DNA from: Pseudomonadales bacterium
GTDB taxonomy: Bacteria > Pseudomonadota > Gammaproteobacteria > Pseudomonadales > JANQJO01
Length of the DNA stretch: 58,027 nt
Direction of reading: 5' to 3'
Assembly (NCBI GenBank): GCA_028281605.1
Contig: JANQJO010000100.1
Span: 1-58,027, forward strand
Below, piece after piece: positions 51,905 to 58,027 of the stretch. Made by a program: the position numbers and the translations under genes. The number at the start of each line of letters is the position of its first letter. The first letter of the stretch is position 1. The notes under the pieces were generated by a model. It saw only the letters and a program-made list of their open reading frames with translations, was not told the DNA's origin and ran no database searches.

Positions 51905-54900
51905 CTAAAACCTTCTTTTACGTGTTATTTTAGGATCCAACCAATCCCCTTTGACTTCAAATTTTAGTGTAGTCAGTTTATTTAACTGCTTTCCAATCGC
52001 CTTATCGATCACATAAGCTGCTGTCGCAGCTGGCAGCCCGCCAGTCGCAGCGGCTGGTAACACTAAATTTCGGGTAATCGGTATCGTCACAACCATTTCT
52101 TGATCGATGCTCTGAGTATCTAAAAATACTTTCCCTTTCACTTCAAAATGAGCCGATGGTCCTTTTAATTTAAAGCTATTTGTACTCAATATCGTCTCTC
52201 GTATCTCAAAAGCTCCACTTAATACATCAAACGCTAAGCCTTTAGAAAGCACATCAGAAAAATCCAGCTGCATACGACGACTTAAGGTTTCAAAATTTAA
52301 TAAACCGACTACTCGCACCGAAGATGTTCTAGGATCTAATTTCAATAAAGTACCATCATCCACATGGACAGCCAGCTTGCCATTTAAACGGTCAAATGCA
52401 AAATCTAAAGGAGCACCTGGCCACTTTACATTGGCCACCAAAGAAGCCTTTTCACTACTCACCGTAGGTGCAAAGCCCCACCTGACCATCGTCTTTTCAA
52501 CATCTTTAGAGCTGATATCCCCCATAAAATAAGTCACAGGACCCGCTTTTTGTAGACGCCAAAACCCCTTACCTTTCACATGTAAATCTTTAAAATGCGC
52601 ATTGATTTTTTTAATCTCTACACCATCCTCGACAACATGAGTTGCTAATAACCAAGCTCCCCAATCATTTTCAGCCAATTGTATATTTCGTATGTTGATG
52701 GTCATAGGTGGCACCCACTTAGGAGACAACTGACTCCAAGGTAAAATAGATGATTGTTGCTCTGATATCTCCTGTGGTTTTTTTTGATTGGGCATTAACA
52801 AATTCTTCGCAAAGTCTTTTTTCAATTGAGCCAATTGAGGCAAAGTCAAAGACCATAACTCCAAATCAATAGGAGATTGATTAAAATACTTATCAAACAA
52901 AGTTTGCTCTGGCATTAATGGCCAATCTAATCGATCCAACACACCCAAATAAACCAGAGGAATACGCATACTCCCCACTATCTCTTCACTTTGTAAAGTA
53001 AGGTGCCATTTCTCATCAAAAGACATAAGTTGTAGATCAACCTGATTTAAAGACAAGGTTGGAAAATTAAGTCTTTCTATATCAAGCACGACCCCTGTTA
53101 AATCTCTTATAAATCTATATTTTTTGTCACCTGAAACCTCAATGCCTTCAAAATCAGCACTCTGCGTAACTTTCTCAAATCTCTCAAACATTTTTTTAGA
53201 AACTTGCTGATACTGTATGTAAAAATTCTTCCATTGATCATAATCCACTTGCTCTAATTGCCCTGTGACAGTAACACCTGGGTGAATTTTAGATTTAACT
53301 TTCTTATCCCCAAAATGCAAGTAAATGCTTTCCAATCTTTCAGGTTTGAATTTCAATGATGCCGCAAAAGTATTTTCAGCTTGAATGTCCAACTCACGTG
53401 TTTCAGCCAGAGTTAGTTGAACCGAGGTTTGCAACGGCTTCTGAGGCGGCTTAGTTAAAGGCTTAGGTAAGGATAAAGTGGTCCCTTTAAGACTGGAATA
53501 TACTCGAACATAATTGGGTATACTCCGCTCACTGTTCGAGCCTTGAATTGCATATAAACCCAATTCTGCCTGGTAATCAATGGCACCGGAAACAAAAGAA
53601 AAAATTGGCTGCTTAAGCCAATTCTCTAATACAGTAGGTTCTACTTGCCCAAAGAATTGCACCTGTGTTTTTGTTACGCCTTTAACCGTAGCATCAGTGC
53701 TTACTTTACCTACAATATTATGCCCTAATACTTTTGCACGCCAGCCTTTACTACTCAATCCTTGCTGAGTTTTATAAGCAAACTCACCTTCAAGCGCACT
53801 TAAATCTAATTGCCAAGATTTAAAGCTGGCCGCACTATCTTCTAAGGTAACCAAAACATCTGCTTTAACAGCCAATTTTTCTTTCGGTTTTTTTCGCAAA
53901 GGTATCACCAATTTTAAATCAATATTCATAGGGCCTTGCACTGCAACATTATCAATAAAACCAGCCACATGCTTACGTAAGGGGGTTCTCCGTAAAAAGT
54001 CGATACCATTGCTTGCATCACTGAAAAAAGTTGCATCCAAATGTAAGTAAGGAATTTTTCCACGCTCATAAAATGGAATTTTTATAAATCCCTTACTGAC
54101 TTGTGCATTATTAATATCGGCTTTTTGTATTTCAACAAAGGTTTGTCTCCCCTCTTGCAACACAGTCATCTTTGCATTTTTGACTCTAGGCCATTCAGGC
54201 AAAAATTCAAACTCGCCTTTTTCAATTTCATACTCCATCAGAAAGGTTTTTTCCAAATATCGCTCAGGTTTAATCGGACCACGAAACAAAATATTAGCAT
54301 TCTCTAAAAAACCACCCTGTACAGACTGATCAAACCAAGCAACAAAATCTTTAGAAACAGGCTTAATCGGTAAGTACAATGAGGCCTTCTCACCCTGGCC
54401 GTCATATAAAGAAACCAGAGTTTCAAGCTGAGGATTAAGCATTTTTTTTGCCTCTGTTACTTGAGGATACCACAATTGCAACAACGCCTGAGCATGCACA
54501 TCCTGTGTCTGCATATGGATAATTCCAGAACGTATAGACAAGCCACTCTTTTCAAAACTCCAAGCAACTGTACCATAAAGCTTATCTGCCAACCAAGACT
54601 CTCTGAAAAAAGGAGATAAAGTAAGTTCAGAAGCTTTTGTTGCCAACTGCAACAAGCCACCAGATGGGGAAATACTGAGAAAACCACTCACATTTTTCAC
54701 ACCTGGCCACGGTTCAATCGCTTGAGCATTCAAAGATTTAAAATGTGTACTGACCTTAAAATCCTGCCAATGATTATTTCGGACACTAGCATTTAGCTGC
54801 AAACTTTCTGCTATACCTGTCACAGCCAACTCTTTAACTAGCTCACGCACACTCAAATCTAGAAAGTGACTTTGCTGCATAAAATTCGTTACTTGCTTTA

Positions 54901-56059
54901 AATCTATCTGCTCTACTTGTAAGGTAACCTCTGCAGTATCTGTCAAAAAAGGCAAGCCTTCTCCCTTTAAAAAAAGAGTATCAATAGCAATCGTAGAATC
55001 ACTCAAATCAAGCGCTTGAATATTGTTAAACCCAAGTTCCCAATCATCCTCTAAATTCATTTCCCATACAAAATCTGTACTCAACCGATTAATGTGCTCT
55101 ATCAGCGCAGAAGATACCGAATGCTTTACAATAAAATCAAATAAAGTAGCCTTGCCACTCATCCTACGCAACCTAGATTTTTCAAACTCTCCCCAAGCCG
55201 TTAAATTCATATCAAAATTTGTTATTTCCATCTCACCAAATTGGCTATTTTGAAATAAAAAGCCTAAATCAGTTCGATCAAAATTCACATAAAAAAGCCC
55301 TTCCCAAGAACCTGGAGATAACAAACGACCTCTAAATACCGACTGCAATGAAAAACTAACGGGTCTATCTTTTAACAATTGAACATTACTGTGAACATAA
55401 TACTTTTCCGCCACCTGAGAAAGTGCAATTTGCTTGACTTGCACATGTTGATTGTAATGCTCTAGCTCCATCTGCAAATCTATATTTTGTAAAATCAAGC
55501 CTCGCTTTTCAATCAAGTGATCAATCATAGACACCAAGTAAGTAAGTGCCTTCTCTTGCTCCGAATGCTCTGAAGCTTTTTTTGATTGTCCCACAGACAA
55601 TTGATCCAACCCTGGTATCAGGGTCGTTTTTCCCTGCTGACTGACCCAATGTAAATTTAAACCACTCAAATGTAAAAAACTCAAACGCGGCTCAAGGTCA
55701 AGCAAAGTTTCAAACACATCCAACCCGATGTGACAAAACTGCACAACAAATTCAGGTTCATGATCAACATCAACGCCACTGACTGCACTGGGCTTTGAAT
55801 ATATTTCAATCTGCTGCAGCGACAAAGATGGCCATAAAAAATGCCAATGACCTTCAATTAATCCAATCGAAACAGGTTGGCCTATAGAATCGGAAAGCCA
55901 TGCCTCAATTTTGTTTTTATTTTGCCCTACCAAATCAACCAAATGTCTCCCCAAAGAAACATATATAGCCATAAATATCAAACAAACAATCAAAACAACC
56001 CAAACCGTATTAACTACGCCATATAGGGCCTTACTGGAAAGTCCTGTGCTGTTTTTCAT
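51905..56059 (-). CDS. yhdP: YhdP family AsmA-like phospholipid transporter
   Basis: 1384 aa with an N-terminal TM anchor and C-terminal RRMQLDFSDV..GLAFD..V.GDWLDP; rng-yhdP-nit synteny. Confidence 0.88.
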   Translation of the reverse strand: MKNSTGLSSKALYGVVNTVWVVLIVCLIFMAIYVSLGRHLVDLVGQNKNKIEAWLSDSIGQPVSIGLIEGHWHFLWPSLSLQQIEIYSKPSAVSGVDVDHEPEFVVQFCHIGLDVFETLLDLEPRLSFLHLSGLNLHWVSQQGKTTLIPGLDQLSVGQSKKASEHSEQEKALTYLVSMIDHLIEKRGLILQNIDLQMELEHYNQHVQVKQIALSQVAEKYYVHSNVQLLKDRPVSFSLQSVFRGRLLSPGSWEGLFYVNFDRTDLGFLFQNSQFGEMEITNFDMNLTAWGEFEKSRLRRMSGKATLFDFIVKHSVSSALIEHINRLSTDFVWEMNLEDDWELGFNNIQALDLSDSTIAIDTLFLKGEGLPFLTDTAEVTLQVEQIDLKQVTNFMQQSHFLDLSVRELVKELAVTGIAESLQLNASVRNNHWQDFKVSTHFKSLNAQAIEPWPGVKNVSGFLSISPSGGLLQLATKASELTLSPFFRESWLADKLYGTVAWSFEKSGLSIRSGIIHMQTQDVHAQALLQLWYPQVTEAKKMLNPQLETLVSLYDGQGEKASLYLPIKPVSKDFVAWFDQSVQGGFLENANILFRGPIKPERYLEKTFLMEYEIEKGEFEFLPEWPRVKNAKMTVLQEGRQTFVEIQKADINNAQVSKGFIKIPFYERGKIPYLHLDATFFSDASNGIDFLRRTPLRKHVAGFIDNVAVQGPMNIDLKLVIPLRKKPKEKLAVKADVLVTLEDSAASFKSWQLDLSALEGEFAYKTQQGLSSKGWRAKVLGHNIVGKVSTDATVKGVTKTQVQFFGQVEPTVLENWLKQPIFSFVSGAIDYQAELGLYAIQGSNSERSIPNYVRVYSSLKGTTLSLPKPLTKPPQKPLQTSVQLTLAETRELDIQAENTFAASLKFKPERLESIYLHFGDKKVKSKIHPGVTVTGQLEQVDYDQWKNFYIQYQQVSKKMFERFEKVTQSADFEGIEVSGDKKYRFIRDLTGVVLDIERLNFPTLSLNQVDLQLMSFDEKWHLTLQSEEIVGSMRIPLVYLGVLDRLDWPLMPEQTLFDKYFNQSPIDLELWSLTLPQLAQLKKDFAKNLLMPNQKKPQEISEQQSSILPWSQLSPKWVPPMTINIRNIQLAENDWGAWLLATHVVEDGVEIKKINAHFKDLHVKGKGFWRLQKAGPVTYFMGDISSKDVEKTMVRWGFAPTVSSEKASLVANVKWPGAPLDFAFDRLNGKLAVHVDDGTLLKLDPRTSSVRVVGLLNFETLSRRMQLDFSDVLSKGLAFDVLSGAFEIRETILSTNSFKLKGPSAHFEVKGKVFLDTQSIDQEMVVTIPITRNLVLPAAATGGLPAATAAYVIDKAIGKQLNKLTTLKFEVKGDWLDPKITRKRRF

Positions 56060-56094
56060 CTTACTCTTTTTTGTCCCTTTCTTTAATCAATGCG

Positions 56095-57606
56095 TTACAT
56101 TAACACAACATCATAATGTTCTGGGTGATAAAGCATTTCCGCCTGAAAATTAATTGTTTTACCAATACATTTTGCCAAATCAGCCACATTAGATGACTCT
56201 TTGTCCAGTAATTGACCAATCACGTCCTCAGAGGCTATAACCAAATAACCTTGCGCATTGTATTGCGTTGAAACTCTTAAAATTTCACGATAAATTTCAA
56301 AACAAATACTCTCACAGGTTTTAATAAAACTTCTACCGTCACACATCGGACAAGGGTGACACAAAATTTTTTCTAAACTTTCTCTCGTACGTTTACGAGT
56401 CATTTCAACTAAACCAAATTCTGACATATTGGTAATTTTAGTTTTAGCATGATCCTTTTCTAAATATTTTTCAAAATGACACAATACTTGATGAATATGC
56501 TCAGCATCTTGCATATCAATAAAATCAATAATAATAATGCCCCCTAAATTACGTAACCGCAACTGACGAGCGATGACTGCTGAAGCCTCCAAGTTTGTTT
56601 TAAAAATCGTTTCCTCTAAACTCTTACTGCCAACAAAAGCACCTGTATTGATATCTACTGTAGTCATCGCTTCAGTTTGATCAATAACCAAATAACCACC
56701 TGATTTTAATTGCACTTCCCGATGCAATGCTTTATTGACTTCCTCTTCAATACTGTAAAGATCAAAAATGGGGCAAGATTCACTATAATATTCTATTTTA
56801 TCCGTCACCTTTGGCATAAAGTCTTTAACAAAATTTTTCACATTCTCATAAACTTCGTAATCATCAATACGCACACGTTCAATTTCAAATTTGGCCATGT
56901 CACGAATAACGCGTAAGAATAAAGGTAAGTCTGCATAAATGACATAACCTGGCTCAACCACATTCATTTTATTTTTTATTGAAACCCAACGCTTAAGTAA
57001 AAAATTTAAATCTCCCTCCAGAGCCTCTGCACTAACCCCCTCTGCTACAGTTCTAACAATAGCTCCCCTCAGTGGTGACACCCCTGTGTGCTCTTTTTGG
57101 ATGGCAAACATAGCGTTTTGTACGAGTGTTTTTAAACGTTCTCTTTCCTGTTCACATTCAATTTTTTGTGAAACACCGATATGATTGATACAAGGCATTA
57201 ACACTAAATATCGAGAGGGAATAGATAAATTGGTCGTTAAGCGTGCTCCTTTAGTACCCATCTGATCTTTGACAACTTGCACAACGATAGTTTGCCCTTC
57301 AGTCAATAATGATCGGATATCAGGAACAGCATTAGATTGATCTAACTCACTCGATTCTTCTCCCAAAAGACAGTTTGAAATATCACCAGCATGGATAAAC
57401 GCAGCCCGCTCCAAACCAATGTCCACAAACGCAGCTTGCATCCCCGGCAGCACTCTTAGCACCTTTCCTTTAAAGATAGCCCCAACTCGACTGCAATGCT
57501 GTTCACGTTCAATGAATATTTCTTGTACTATGCCATTCTCTAAAATTGCCACACGATTTTCAGCAAACGCACAGTTGATCAATATCTCTTCACTTGCTAC
57601 AAGCAT
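56095..57606 (-). CDS. rng: Ribonuclease G
   Basis: RVLPGMQAAFVDIG, KGARLTT, DQTEAMTTVDINTG and RLRNLGGIIIIDFIDM motifs; about 500 aa. Confidence 0.95.
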   Translation of the reverse strand: MLVASEEILINCAFAENRVAILENGIVQEIFIEREQHCSRVGAIFKGKVLRVLPGMQAAFVDIGLERAAFIHAGDISNCLLGEESSELDQSNAVPDIRSLLTEGQTIVVQVVKDQMGTKGARLTTNLSIPSRYLVLMPCINHIGVSQKIECEQERERLKTLVQNAMFAIQKEHTGVSPLRGAIVRTVAEGVSAEALEGDLNFLLKRWVSIKNKMNVVEPGYVIYADLPLFLRVIRDMAKFEIERVRIDDYEVYENVKNFVKDFMPKVTDKIEYYSESCPIFDLYSIEEEVNKALHREVQLKSGGYLVIDQTEAMTTVDINTGAFVGSKSLEETIFKTNLEASAVIARQLRLRNLGGIIIIDFIDMQDAEHIHQVLCHFEKYLEKDHAKTKITNMSEFGLVEMTRKRTRESLEKILCHPCPMCDGRSFIKTCESICFEIYREILRVSTQYNAQGYLVIASEDVIGQLLDKESSNVADLAKCIGKTINFQAEMLYHPEHYDVVLM

Positions 57607-57645
57607 ATGCCCTAACTGCTCTCTTATTTGTGTACTTTAAAATAA

Positions 57646-57807
57646 GGTAAGGCACAGGAAGTAATCTACCCATTGTTCGCTTCTAAACTCGCTGTGCCCA
57701 AACATGCATCCGCTCAAAATGGGTAGATTATTTACCGTGCAAATGCAATTTTCATCACCTGGGGTGACGCTTATTACATCGCTCATGGCTGTTTCCTGTG
57801 CCTTACC
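57646..57807 (-). mobile_element. Family 1 MITE-like element, copy H (E-type arms), interrupted by a family 2 element
   Basis: 162 bp = 101 bp (as copy E) + 61-bp insertion in the right arm; TAA direct repeat on both sides. Confidence 0.88.
57731..57791 (-). mobile_element. Family 2 61-bp hairpin element, copy 3 (nested)
   Basis: Inserted between GGGTAGATTA and TTTCCTGTGCC of copy H; the empty site is visible in copy E. Confidence 0.85.
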
Positions 57808-57932
57808 TAAAATGGAGTCTCTATACCCAACCTTTCATTTTACAATATAATCATAATCAAGCACGGCACTGATACAGTTTTTGGTGAAGCATTTCATTTT
57901 CACCCAATACACCGATATTGCTCAGTCCCTTA

Positions 57933-58027
57933 GGAGGTGTCCCAGAATAAAGTTTACAATGTGAGCGGATGCATGTCTGAGCGCAGCGAGTTCAGGAGCG
58001 AAGCTTGTAAACTTTATTCTGGGACAC
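57933..58027 (+). mobile_element. Family 1 MITE-like element, copy I (fourth arm type; cut by window end)
   Basis: Arms GTGTCCCAGAATAAAGTTTACAA / TTGTAAACTTTATTCTGGGACAC around core GAGCGGATGCATGTCTGAGCGCAGCGAGTTCAGGAGCGA; TTA on the left. Confidence 0.85.

Noticed and set aside
1455-58027. Family 1 repeats as a CRISPR array or integron attC sites
   Set aside because: Copies are dispersed kilobases apart with no spacer periodicity, no cas or intI gene, no RYYYAAC/GTTRRRY ends, and they carry target duplications.

Overview
AT-rich gammaproteobacterial chromosome segment, probably Pseudomonadales/Oceanospirillales-like (inferred from gene content only). Most core genes lie on the minus strand. 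Core genes: dolP-like BON lipoprotein, gmhA/diaA, yraN, lpoA, rsmI, fabF-acpP, pilA-pilBCD, tolRAB-pal-cpoB, nitrilase-family hydrolase, yhdP, rng. Accessory genes: a repeat-rich secreted protein, an MMPL + LolA-like pair, an AddB-like nuclease, two PEP-CTERM-type proteins, two Ser/Thr kinases (one with an NLS-like motif), a hybrid histidine kinase, a pilin-linked GT-C + GT2 pair, a ParDE-like toxin-antitoxin pair, an AAA+DUF4143 ATPase, an orphan tssM, a T4-like lysozyme and a large ankyrin protein. Several normally conserved operons have lost their usual neighbours. The most striking unexplained structure is non-coding: three families of small palindromic elements and no transposase in the window. 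Family 1 has 8 copies of about 99-101 bp plus 2 solo 18-bp arms. It keeps one ~40-nt core inside four different self-complementary arm sequences, usually with 3-bp TA-containing target duplications, and the core reads like an ssDNA fold (GA/GA tandems, RNA triloop where R = purine and N = any base). Family 2 is a 61-bp hairpin in 3 copies, one inserted inside a family 1 arm. Family 3 is an ERIC/Correia-like pair that also shares a core inside different arms. Two ORF-track corrections: the lysozyme at 46492..47142 is on the + strand, not the - strand, and a partial DUF962-like gene at 1..208 (-) is missing. All family assignments are by eye; no searches were run.
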